Origin: Octopus sinensis
Lineage: Eukaryota
Direction of reading: 5' to 3'
Length of the DNA stretch: 64,000 nucleotides
Assembly (NCBI RefSeq): GCF_006345805.1
Contig: NC_043014.1
Span: 31,248,001 to 31,312,000 of the forward strand
Shown here piece by piece: positions 24,420-36,732 of the stretch. Under the pieces are notes generated by a model. That model saw only the letters and a list, made by a program, of their open reading frames with translations, ran no database searches and was not told where the DNA came from. A program made the position numbers and the translations under genes. The stretch's first letter is position 1, and every line of letters begins with the position of its first letter.

Positions 24420-25340
24420 GTTTAGAATGCGTGAAAATGACGGTGTCGAGTCGTCGGGTGATCTTGTGAAGGAACCCGGACTGGAATACAAGTGCGATTA
24501 GAGAGAAGGCTGGCTGCAGCGTTTTAAGGAGCGACATGGGTTAAAATTTCGTGCGTATGTGGTGAAAAGCGATCAAATGAAAACGCAGCCGTTGTTTATT
24601 ATTATTCTGACCAAGAAATTGTGCAGACGGTTGTAAATCCACAATAGCAAGACAGTGAAGGAGAAAGCAGTGATGAAAATGAGGAAGATGTAAGCGAAAG
24701 AGTTTCTATTGATCGGTTAATTCAGATAACAGGTGAACTGCTAAAAGGTCTAGATCGATGCAGTTTTATAAGTGAGCAAGAAATATTGAACATTTATATG
24801 CTGCAAGATAAACTGATCAAAGAAACGCCAAAATATACGAAACAGCTTAGCTTGCAAGATATGTTTAAAAAATAGCTAGAAAGCGTATAACAGAGGAGTC
24901 ATCATTTGAAAATCTAGTGTCTTCAACATCATCTTGCCTAGATGTGCTGTCACTGTCATCACCAGTTCTTGATATTTCACTCACCTTACAAGATAATGAA
25001 GATGGGGGTCCTGACAGCCCTTCACCTCAAGAGGATGCCAATCTTGATATCCCCTCACCTCAGTGACGATCTTTGTGTACGTCAACAGAATTAGTGTACC
25101 AGTACTTTATCACTCATTTTACCTGAGTTTTATTAAAATTTCATTCAACTTCATTTGATTTCATTAAAATTTCACTAAAATTGATGTTATCCTTTCCCTT
25201 ATTAACCAACTTGTACTGATTTACAGGGTATTTTACCTAACATAGCCTACCATACTTAATCAATCGATAATCAGGCGAAATGACTAATTCGGTATTCTCC
25301 CGGTTTCAACGATACCGGATTAGTGATTGGGTCAGTATTA
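24420..25340 (+). mobile_element. Tigger/pogo-like transposon, internally deleted
   Basis: CENP-B-type EGWLQRFKERHGL motif and acidic C-terminus DQEIVQTV...QLSLQDMFKK*. Confidence 0.75.
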
Positions 25341-25935
25341 TTTTTTTCTTTAAAGTTGACTGACGATAATTTTGTAAGGGTTGCGTAAAAATTATATCAG
25401 ACAATGTGTGTGTGTGTGTGATTCTAGCATTTGCAGATATTGCATGACAAATTATACGATTACTTTCCAGTCAGTAAAGAGATATATTTTATCTAATACA
25501 GATTGTGTAAATCTTGGTGTCATATTTCACTTGTGTCAAAATATGTTAACTGGTGAGGCATGGATATACTAGAGTAATTATAAAAGGGAAGGATGACAAT
25601 ATAAAACATTGTTAATATGTAACGTCACGTCTGCATTCCTGAAAGATAAAAAAAAAGTATATTTCAAAAATTAATATACATCGTAGATAATTTTTTATTT
25701 CTGTCTTTATGGTTTAAACAAAATAAGAAATGGTGAAATTATATTCTATTTCAAAGGAAGCTATGAGGAAAGTCAGGCAGCGTAGATTACTTCCCAATAG
25801 AACGTCTATTAATTTTGTATGACAGAAAATATTTAATATGGAAAATAATTGGTCCTATATTATATGTAGTTTCTTATTCGTTCAACCGTTTCAACTGTCT
25901 GTGAAATATTTTTCATTCTCAATAACAGCAATACC

Positions 25936-26298
25936 ATGGCTTTGGTAGTGAATTTTTGTGGACATCTTTATGAAAAATTGCCTGATTTTAAGAGCTTCTT
26001 CTTCAATGTTGTATTCCGTAAACAAAATGTGGTGACTCTCAAAGAACTGGAACAAAATCCTTCATTCTGTGAGAAGGTTGTTGGCTTGTATGTACATTCG
26101 GACCTAAACAGTAACCATGAATTCCTTGAATTACTTGAGAAGTTAGTAAACCTTAAAATTATTTCCTTCTTTGGCATTGGTTTCGATAGTGTTGACACTG
26201 AATGGGCATTAGGATTGGTCATAGCATCCAAGATGGAGGAGCTGCTGCAAATTTTGGTATGGCACTCTTATTGGCAATGTCAAGGAAAATAATTCAGT
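25936..26298 (+). pseudogene. Inverted orphan exon 1 of the dehydrogenase family (copy B)
   Basis: Closely similar to copy D exon 1. A 13-nt deletion (TAAATCACGTGGC, GGC microhomology) at 26207/26208 shifts the frame. Acceptor, ATG and GTAAGT donor are retained; no exons 2-4 on the plus strand. Confidence 0.88.
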
Positions 26299-26380
26299 GT
26301 AAGTAAATGATTCCTTTTAATTTTTAGAACACATAAAAAACAATGGGATTTATTTCACCTCCTTTCAATAATTCTTAATA

Positions 26381-26888
26381 CCGTAAATCCTCGAGTATAG
26401 TCCGCCCTTGAGTATAATACGTAGGGGATTTTTAGGGGGCTGTACCTCTGAAAAACCTAAACCTTGTGTATAATACGCACCCCTTCTCTAACTTGAGTCG
26501 TGTGTAAATAAGCCAGCAGCACCTAGTCAAACAAACACTTCCGCGCATGCGTAATACAATAATGGTGATGTTCTTAACTGTTATATGGGAATGTAAATAT
26601 GTTTGCAAATTGTTTTTGTTACATGTTATTCTGTGTTCTGAATACTTTTATTTTAATAATGTTGCTTACTGCAAGTTATGGATGATTCTTTTATGACTTC
26701 GTTGCTTTCAGGTACTTTCGCGCCCGACATCACAAAATGCATCTGAATAAACATTGCCGGACAGCAAATAGAGACTCGGACATTGCTTAGAAAATATTTT
26801 TCATTTTTAACCTCGTATATAGTACGCACTGGAGATTTTGAGTATTAAAATTTGGGAAAAAATGCGGATTATACTCGAGGATTTACGG
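26381..26888. mobile_element. Tc2/Tigger-type MITE, 508 bp, 25-bp TIRs, TA TSD
   Basis: CCGTAAATCCTCGAGTATAGTCCGC left TIR; right TIR matches 24/25; TA at 26379-80 and 26889-90. Confidence 0.93.
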
Positions 26889-27364
26889 TACTTTATTGCT
26901 CAAGTTTTGCTCTATATTCTTCTTGAGTTTTATATTGTGCTTTAGTTACTTTTCCCTTTTACTCTCATTCACTGGCCTATATGCTGAGAAATAGACGCTA
27001 AATCGTCTCACCACTTAGATAAGTCAATTTCAGGATTTTCGTATCTCCAAATAGAGTCATAAATGGTTGTCAGAGAATTTCTATGACTTCACCAACCTCA
27101 ATTTCTGGCCTCCCCCCACTAGTGGAGGCACATGGCCTAGTGGTTAGAGCGGCGGACTCGCGGTCGAGGGATTGCGGGTTTTAATCTCAGACCGGGCGAT
27201 GTGTGTGTTTATGCTTCGGCAGAAGGGAATGACGAAATTCTGCTGACTCTTTCGCCACAACTTTCTCTCACTCTTAACGCCTGCATCTTGCAGCTCCCCT
27301 GCGACGGACCGGCGTCCCGTCCAGTTGGGGAACCTATACGCCAAGGAAACCGGGAAACCAGGGA

Positions 27365-27721
27365 TGACTCGAGAAGGAACTTCCAATCCCCCGATTGTAA
27401 TCCCATGGTTTAGCATGTGTGGGGAACAGTTCAGAAAGACACCAACCGTTTTTCTTGCAACACCAAGGCCGAGCTGGTGGCCAAGATCAAGAAGGTGTTC
27501 GAAGAACTTCTCAGGGACGCAATGAGGAACGGATGCACCATGTTTCGGAGCCATCTTGAAGCCGTAGCAGGAGCTGAAGGCAGCTACTTGCGCTAAACTG
27601 TTATCTTCTAGTCGTAATATAGTTGATATTTTATGATTCTTCAAAAATACTTCAGTTTTTGGATGAGATATCATGATTTGTTTTCCTTCTATGCAATTGT
27701 CAAAATTTACCCTGGACACCA

Positions 27722-27724
<3 letters not shown>
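27365..27724 (+). mobile_element. Tc1/mariner (maT-like) transposase C-terminus plus 3-prime end
   Basis: SPDCNPMV*HVWGTVQKDTNR..CNTKAELVAKIKKVF...FRSHLEAVAGAEGSY. Confidence 0.8.
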
Positions 27725-28247
<523 letters not shown>

Positions 28248-28335
28248 CAAAACTTTGAACAATAAGGTAGTAAGAATTATTGAAGGAGACAGAAATTAAC
28301 CCCATTAAAAAAACATTAAAGTATCATTTACTTAC

Positions 28336-28433
28336 TTTTTTTTTTACATTGGCAATAGTGCCATATGAAAATTTGCAGCAGTTACTCCACCCTTGAAGCT
28401 ATGACGAACCCCAATGCTACGCGACAGTTAGCC
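28336..28433 (-). pseudogene. Decayed 3-prime relic of dehydrogenase exon 1 (copy E); intron-1 homology continues to about 28246
   Basis: Translates as ANCRSIGVRHSFKGGVTAANFHMALLPM* versus AKSRGIRIGHSIQDGVAAANFGMALLLAM; GTAAGT donor kept; truncated on the 5-prime side by the Penelope element. Confidence 0.75.
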
Positions 28434-28439
28434 AGCAGT

Positions 28440-30330
28440 CTAGGTAGAAGTATTAGCTAAAAGGAATGCCCCTATCAGCATCAAGGATCATAAACCAAAC
28501 TTTGCCTCTAACTCCAAGTGCAGCTTGATCAACCCAGCCAAATCGTAGTTCGGTTCTGGCGAGTAAACATATGCTAATGAAAATCATTGACAATACAGGG
28601 GTGGGGGGCTTCCAATCTCTCCTTATGGCATAGTATCAATGAAGTCATTTCATGATTTTAAACCAACCACGTAAAGGCAGGACAAGGTTCACCCAATTCG
28701 ACATGGTCGATTTTTACCTGTCTATCTTGAAAGGGTAGCTGGTCAAGGCACTTACTTTCGCTAGGTGCTTTACTGACATTAGCAATGCAGACATTAACGC
28801 AGTTATACATGCCAGAAAAAACGCCGTTGTTTAATAAAAGTTCAATCTGTGTCAAGCATACTGACCCACTGGGCTCTTTTTGATGTAGTGATGGGAGCCA
28901 ACGACAGCGCTGACATCTGCGACCTTATATGACTGTATATATTAAATATATTAAAGGGTTTCTCATCAGTTCTTTTTCGTCTCTACAGAGATGACGCTCT
29001 GGCCATCACTTGAGGAGCTAACGAGCATACTCTCGATAGGCTTGGAAAGGACCTAATTAGCACCCTTAGCTCTATGGGCTCAAGATAACAAACGCAATCA
29101 ACTTCACCAGTGTAAACTTTTAAGACGTTACGTTAGATCTGAACTTCTGTTCTTATAGACCTAACCGTAAATTAACGAGCTGACCTACATCAACACAGCT
29201 TCCAGCCATCCGTCTATTGTGTTCAGGAACCTAGTGAAGCGTGTCAGCAAGAGAATCTCGAACCTGACATCAAGTTAAGAAATTTTCAACGCTGCGGCCC
29301 CTTATTACAACGAGGCTCTGGCATCCAGGGAGTTTAAGGAAAGCATCTCCTATATGCCCTGACACCCCAAAAAGGAAGCAACCACCGTAATGTCGTTTGG
29401 TTTTCCCCACCCTTCTTTGTTAATGTTAAAACTTGCGGGGGAAGAATTTCCTTTAGATTGGTGGACAAACACTGCACACAGTCACACAGATACGGACGTT
29501 TGTTTAATAGGCACAACTTAAGGGCTTCTTTCAGTTCCGCGCCGAACATTAAGAAAATTTTATGAGCACCTCTAAGCCGCAAGCAGAGGCAGGATGTTCA
29601 TGTAGGGTATACAATGACTGGCCAGTGACAGTGTGTGTGTGTGTGTGTATGGGGGGGGGTTCGATATGAAACCGAGGGGGTTGTGTATAAGGCTAAGGTG
29701 GTAGCCAGCACTAACAGTCAGAGTAACAGTCTAAGCAGCAACGACACATCCACCGACAACAACAGCAACGAATCCAATGATAGCAGTAGTAGAGCATCAA
29801 GCAGCAGGGACAACAATACCAACAGTTACGGTGGCAGCAGTAACACTAACATTACAGCTGGAAATGGTTGCTACACCAGTAGCGACGGAATCATCAGAAT
29901 CACGTCCAGAAATATCACCGGCAGCAACAACAGCAATGACATCAGACCCGGAGTTAACGAAAGAAACGTCAGCGGTGGTAGCACATCCAGTACACAGACA
30001 CGAAAATATGTCGGTTCAACCGTGCTCCTGATTAAGCAACGTCTGAACAACTACAAGTCCTATTTTAGGATATCAGAAAGGTGCAACATTATGTCTCTGG
30101 CGTACCACGTATGGCACTTAAAAGAGGAAGGAACTAGCTACATAGATAATTAAATGGAAGCTCCTTGAACAACTGGGGTCTTATATAAATGGGAGCAAAC
30201 GATGTAAGATGTTCTTGAATGAGGGAGCAAGAATCCTATAATACTCACTCGATCCGAGGACCGTTTTAAACTCCAGGAAAGAAATATTTAGTCAATGCCC
30301 ACATCTACAACGTTTCCAACTACGAACGTG
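28440..30330 (+). mobile_element. Degenerate Penelope-like element (RT plus GIY-YIG)
   Basis: IKDHKPNF..N.KC.LINPAKS, FDMVDFY, FDVVMGA, LYRDD, VNFLDVTLD, VVWF.PPF, GVVYKA...KYVGST, GSKRC...LNSRKEIFSQCPH. Confidence 0.92.
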
Positions 30331-30490
30331 AAATTCCACACCGCCGCAACTCCTTCGAATATCACCACGGCTGAAGGCGATGTCAGGAAGATAACCCAGT
30401 CCATCCTGACAAATATTTTTGGTTTATAAAACTAACTGGCCTTGACATATTTATTTCTCCAATTGTAGAGAGGTTATGTGTTTTTTGCCA

Positions 30491-30556
30491 CATAATTCTG
30501 ATGAATTACTATACAGCTAAGCGCTTTATAGGTGCGAAACCGATGGTCACTCTATG
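30491..30556 (+). ncRNA. Decayed type I hammerhead-ribozyme-like motif 3-prime of the Penelope ORF
   Basis: CTGATGA (30498-30504), partial stem II, GAAAC-CGAT-GGTC (30536-30548), partial stem I (CATA/TATG); stems are imperfect. Confidence 0.5.
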
Positions 30557-30669
30557 ATCGTCCATAACATTAAACTTCCTAAAATATGTATCACTTCTCT
30601 AATGCTTTAGAGTGTGCTTCTTTTTCGGATATGTGAACTACTGATGATATATATATATATATATATATC

Positions 30670-30726
<57 letters not shown>

Positions 30727-30934
30727 AAGAAAGAAAGAGAGAGAGAGAGAATGAAAGATTCACACACACACGTATATATATTTATCGCCACAAATCCTGT
30801 GTTTGCAGTATTGTGGCTGGATTTTTACGTTTTGATGCACAGGGCCCAGTTTTATGGAAAATTTTGACGCCGATGTACTATACAAGTTTGTTGCAAAACT
30901 CCACAGCATTTTTATAGACATGCATAATCCTTTC

Positions 30935-32040
30935 TACCATAGGCACAAGGCCTGAAATTTTGGGGGAGGGACAAATCAATTACATCGACCCCAGTTCGAC
31001 TGTTACATTATCTCGAAAGGATGAAATGCAAAGTTGACCTCGGTAGAATTTGAATCCAGAAGGTAAAAACGAACGAAATGCCGCTAACCATTTTTCCTGG
31101 CATGCTACCGATTCTACCAGCTCGCCGCCTTTATAGACATAAATGATAAAAGAAATTAAGAATCTTTAAAAGATAGAAAAATTTTATCATATAATAGGCA
31201 CTTACGCATGCACTTCAGACATTACCATTCTGATAAAGCGGCGAGCTGGCAAAACCGTTAGTACGTCGGGCGAAATGCTTAGCGGTATTTCGTCTGCCGT
31301 TACGTTGTGAGTTCAAATTCCGCCGAGGTCGACTTTACCTTTCATCCTTTCGGGGTCGATAAATTAAGTACCAGTTACGCACTGGGGTCCATGTAATCGA
31401 CTTAATACCTATGTCTGTCCTTGTTTGTCCCTTCTATGTTTAGCCCCTTGTGGGTAATAAAGAAATAGGTATTTCGTCGGGCGAAATGCTTAGTGGTACG
31501 TTCTGAGTTCAAATTCCACCGAGGTCGACTTTGCCTTTCATCCTTTCGGGGTCGATAAATTAAGTACCAGTTAAGCACTGGGGTTGATATAATCGATTTA
31601 ATCCGTTTGTCTGTCCTTGTTTGTCCCTTCTGTGTTTAGCCCCTTGTGGGTAGTAAAGAAATAGGTATTTCGTCTGCTGTTACGTTCTGAGTTCAAATTC
31701 CACCGAGGTCGACTTTGCCTTTCATCCTTTCGATAAATTAAGTACCAGTTACGCACTGGTGTCGATGTAATTGACTGAATCCCTTTGACTGTCCTTGTTT
31801 GTCCCCTCTATGTTTAGCCCTTGTGGGCAATAAAGAAATAAGAAACGTTAGCATGCCAAGCAAAATGCCTAGCGGTGATTCGTCTGTCTTTATATTCTGA
31901 GTTCAAATTCCGTCGAGGTCAACTTTGCCTTTCATCCTTTCGGGGTCGATAAATTAAGTCACCAGTTGCAAACTGGGGTTGATCTAATCGACTGCCCACC
32001 CCACCAAAAAAAATTTCGGGCCTTGTGCCTAGAGTAGAGA
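30935..32040. mobile_element. Family-1 SINE array: one minus-strand copy (30935-31132) and a 4-unit plus-strand concatemer (31236-32040)
   Basis: Repeated GAGTTCAAATTCC...TAAAGAAATA units. Confidence 0.92.
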
Positions 32041-32836
32041 AGGTTATCATTTTACGAGAGAAAAGTTGATTTAAAATAAAAGTTTGGGAACAACTATTTT
32101 CCCGAGATTTAGCCGTTATTCAAGCAAACTATATTGAGCCATACCCTCCTTTCGTCTTCTGATTCAACCAGCATCTACACAATGAGAAAACGAGCAGTTG
32201 AGTTAAAAGAAAAAACAACAACATTGAAATGTTATTATGGAGCCGAGGTGAGTATTCCAAAATGTGGGAAGGAAATTTGGAGAAAATTGAAATAAATTAA
32301 TAAATAAAATAGAAAAAAATACAAATCTTGAAAATAATTTAATTTTCAGACTCTTTTACTCTTTTACTTGTTTCAGTCATTTAACTGTGGCCATGCTGAA
32401 GCACCGCCTTTAGTCAAGTAAATTGACCCCATGACTTATTCTTTGTAAGCCTGGTACTTATTCTATCGGTCTCTTTTGCTGAACCACTAAGTTACGGGGA
32501 CGTAAACACACCAGCATCGGTTGTCAAGACACACAAAAACATACATATATATATATATATACATATATACGACGGGCTTCTTTCAGTTTCCGTCTACCAA
32601 ATCCACTCACAAGGCTTTAGTCGGCTCGAGACTATTGTAGAAGACACTTGCCCAAGGTGCCATGCAGTGGGACTGAACCCGGAACCATGTAGTTCTTAAG
32701 CAAGCTACTTACCACACAGCTACTCTTACGCCTAGACTCGTAATTTCTGAATTATTCCAGGCGGAATTCATAAGAAAAAAGTGAATTAAAAAATAATATC
32801 ATTCATTATTAACTTTATTTCAGTGATTAATTGATT

Positions 32837-32842
32837 TTTATT
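32837..32842 (-). terminator. Putative AATAAA polyA signal of copy C
   Basis: Homologous position to copies A and D. Confidence 0.5.
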
Positions 32843-32961
32843 GATGTTGTCGATGTTGTCATTGGCTACGTTGCCGTCTTTGTTGTTGTTATTCGTCTTC
32901 TTTATTGTATTTAAAACCATCATTATGTAGGTGTTCCTAGTTGATCAAGATTTTTCTGATT

Positions 32962-33215
32962 CTAATCTAGCTTCACCTCAGACAACATTGGCTCTCCACG
33001 GAGACCTAGCTCCATGTTTTTGAAAGCTGTCTCGCGTAATTCTTTCATCGCCTCAGTTGTGTTTGTGGCACAGTGTGGTGTAATGATAACATTTGGGAAG
33101 TTGTAAAGCTTGTGGTCTACTGGCAAGGGTTCGGGTGTAGTGACGTCCAGGGCGGCTCCTGCAATCCTTCCTGATTCCAATGCATCAACAAGAGCACTTT
33201 GGTCAATGATGTCTC
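32962..33215 (-). CDS. 2-hydroxyacid dehydrogenase copy C, coding exon 4
   Basis: 254 nt, TTTAG acceptor, TAG stop; 327-aa product. Confidence 0.92.
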
Positions 33216-34319
33216 CTAAATAAAAAAATAAAAAACAAAGAAAAAAAAAACAAAGTTAGTAAAAGAAATATATGACCCTCCGCAAAATCCCAGATCGTAT
33301 TTAATTGGCTTTGCGGGAGCCACTCTTTTATCGAAGGCGTATCTTGTTGTGAATTGCTCGAAATACGGATTAGAAAAACAGTCGACAACTGACGAAGAGT
33401 CGTTCTTTGTGTTTTTTGTTTTGTTTTCCATTTGTTTGTTTCGTTGTTCGCAAAAAAAGTTCATATTCCATGTCCTCGTACTTCGTATATTTTGTTGCTT
33501 ACGTTTTGTGATGTCCTGTGCCCACATACGCATATATATATACGTATACATGTAAGTATGTACGTATATATATGTATGTATATATGCATATATATACATA
33601 TTATTTATATTATTATATATACACACACTCTGTTTTCTTTATTGTAAAAAATATTCCTTGAATATTTATTGTGCGACTCTTACTCTATCTCTTTCTATCT
33701 CTACTCTTACTCTTATCTCTCTTTGTCCTTGCTTGCTTCCATTGTACCTTTCTTTTCGTTCTCTCCCCATCTCTCTCTGCCTCTCTCTTTTTCCTTAGTC
33801 CCTCCGACCTCTCCAACACTTCCTTTCTCCAACCACGTGATTGGTGTCCAGCCAAAGCGGTGCTGTTTTTTTCGGCCTGCCTCTGATCATACTAGTCATG
33901 CTTGTCTGGGCTCCTGCTATGTCCCCTACGACTTTCTCCATTTCATCTTTGCGCCATCCCACTACCTCTGTTCGGTAGATGAAAGGCTCATGTTGTATTT
34001 GTGGTATATGTATTATTATTCTTTTTCTTCTGTTGTATAACCGAAAGGCTTCGTTCTGTTATATCTGCATAATTCTTTTTCTGTTGTATTCATATTTTTT
34101 GTTGTATATGTACTATCATTTTAGTTTGTCGTATTTGTGTCTGTCCTTATATACACTCGCCAATGGGCTTATTAAAAAATAAATAGAGTGAGAAAAGAAG
34201 TATTAATAGCAGAAGGTAAAACATTCGCCACAAAAGCAGTATTATTTACCAGAAGGTAAAATATTTGCTACTTAAAAGTGCAATATTGTCTGCCGCTAAT
34301 GATAGCTATGATGAGATTT

Positions 34320-35911
34320 TATGCACCAAAACCATTTGAGAGATACCTTACTAGCATATATTTCCACAGTCTCTCAGCCACATGCAGCTGCAGGTATGCT
34401 GACTTCAAATCGACGATTGTGGAGGCCTCCATCATTTGCCACCACTCCTTCAAGGTTTCGCTGCAAATGTCTGTAGGTTCGTCGCCTGTATGGCACAATA
34501 TATGGTTGTTCAGCTCTCGGAAATCCAATTCTGGTCTGACTTTATGCTTCGTCGGCTGCACCACTGCCATCAGTGGTAGCACTCTATTCTCCACTTCCTC
34601 CTTCCAAGAGATCATAATGCCTTCCTTGATCCACCGTTCCACCTCTCCCTCGAACTCACTTCTGGCATCCCCTTTCAGGGTATGCTGATAGCAGCCTACT
34701 GCGTTTTCAATGCTGGAGGATCTCCCTTCCAGTACCATTCCACTGTCCACTGCCAGCCGTCGAACACTGCCCGAAAATCCTTGTAAGCAATGGTGTGTGC
34801 AGCATATCTTTCTTCGCAACTTTCACCACTCTCCTGTCGCGGACTCACGGTGCATAATGCCTCTGCATCACTGAACACTACACTGGCTTCATTGACCGTG
34901 ACACCTCCCAAACGGACAATGGCGTCCAACTCCATCACCACATCAACTCTGTCCACCACGCGGTCGATCGTGATCGCGCACAACCTCAATCTCGTTTCGC
35001 GTACCACCATCTCCACATCACTACTCCCTCTGCATTCAACTTCCGTACCGTCAACAGCTCTTACACGACTCACTCCACTCCATTTTTCCACCACCTCCGG
35101 AGTCATTAGGGTTGTTGAGCAGCCTGTGTCCACGAGGGCTCGTGAGACCTTTCTGTTCACCACGACATCTATTACTGACAACGACTGTATATGCGCCTCT
35201 ATTCTTTCTTCGGGACGACTACCTATTTCTTTACTACCCACAAGGGGCTAAACACAGAGAGGACAAACATGGACAAACGGTTTAAGTCGATTACATCGAT
35301 CCCAGTGCGTAACTGGTACTTAATTTATCGACCCCGAAAGGATGAAAGGCCAAGTCGGCCTTGGCGGAATTTGAACTCAGAACCTAACGGCAGACGAAAT
35401 ACGGCTACGCATTTCGCCCGGCGTGCTAACGTTTCTGCCAGCTCACCGCCTAGTCTCCTCTAGACCGTTTTCCTAGATGCTTTCAATAGCGATGTGGCGT
35501 GTTTGTCTGCATCGATAGCAAATTACTCCAGGCCTGGGTTCCTTGCAGTTTCTCACCATGTGCGAACCCTGACACCGAAAACACTGCCTTTTGAAGGGTC
35601 ACACACGTTCCATGTTCGATCCCTCTCCACCGCTTTGTTTGAACCCTTCTCGTTGTTGCAGTCGCTGCTAAAGGTGTCGTCCTGCAACACGAGACGATGC
35701 CTCTGGCCTTAGATATTACCTCTTCCATCGCCATGGAGTGAATATTCGGCAGCTTTTGCAGTTCGACCGAACCGTGGTCAGGAAATCCTGTCACAAATGC
35801 TAATTTAACTGTTTGTTCCAACGCGTCATTCCTGTATCCGACAAGTCTGGCCAATCTCCTGATTTCGTTGGCAAATACATCGATCGGTTCACCCGTTCAC
35901 TTCGCTTTCAT
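34320..35911 (-). mobile_element. Gypsy gag C-terminal half, protease and RT fragment, interrupted by a SINE at 35223-35450
   Basis: GEPIDVFANEIRRLA, VKLAFVTGFP, ALVDTGCS, LPLMAVVQ..K.KVRP.LDFRELN, VDLKSAYLQ. Confidence 0.92.
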
Positions 35912-36117
35912 ATTTTACTGTTCAATTTATACATTCCCAACCAGCTCGACCATTAGTGAATACAAATACCATTTATGTTTTCAAAATAACTTACCCAATC
36001 ATATTAAAACAGGCTTATTCATCAAATTAGATTATATCAAATCATATATCAGACGTACCAAAGGTATTCGAGTACTATTTTTTCCGCCTTGTTTTGCATT
36101 TATGTGCATACTCGTGT

Positions 36118-36122
36118 ATATA

Positions 36123-36208
<86 letters not shown>
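36118..36208. repeat. (TA)n microsatellite
   Basis: Direct reading. Confidence 0.95.
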
Positions 36209-36211
<3 letters not shown>

Positions 36212-36700
36212 ACCTGTTGAGGCAAGTGAAATCGAAATCAAAATCAAATTCGATGACATCCGTGCTAGTGGAGCGCTAAGAGTACCATATGAGCATGATC
36301 GTTGCCAGAGCAACAAACTGGTCCCTGTGCCGGTGGCACGTAAAAAGCACCATTTGAGCGTGATTGTTACCTGTGTCGCCTTACTGGCACTTGTGCTGGT
36401 GTTATGTGCAAAAATATTCGAGCGAGATCGTTGCCAGTGCCGCTGGGCTGGCTCCTGTGCAGGTGGCACATAAAAAGCACCATTTAAGCGTGGCTGTTGC
36501 CAGTACTGCCTGACTGGCCCTCGTGTGGGTGGCACGTAAAAGCACCCACAACACTCTTGGAGTGGTTGGCATTGTAGAAACTCTGCCAGATCAGATTGGA
36601 GTCTGGTGCAGCCATCTGGTTTGCCAGACCTCAGTCAAATCGTCCAACCAATGTTAGCATGGAAAGCGGACGTTAAACGATGATGGTGATGATGATGATG

Positions 36701-36732
<32 letters not shown>

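Noticed and set aside
27124-27200. tRNA-like sequences (SINE heads throughout the window)
   Set aside because: A and B boxes are present but run into SINE bodies; no complete cloverleaf.
31236-32040. Regularly spaced repeats resembling a CRISPR array
   Set aside because: Units are about 200-bp SINE monomers without unique spacers, in eukaryotic DNA.
33360-33410. GAAA...GTC...CTGACGA permuted hammerhead-like string
   Set aside because: Stems II and III do not pair in register.
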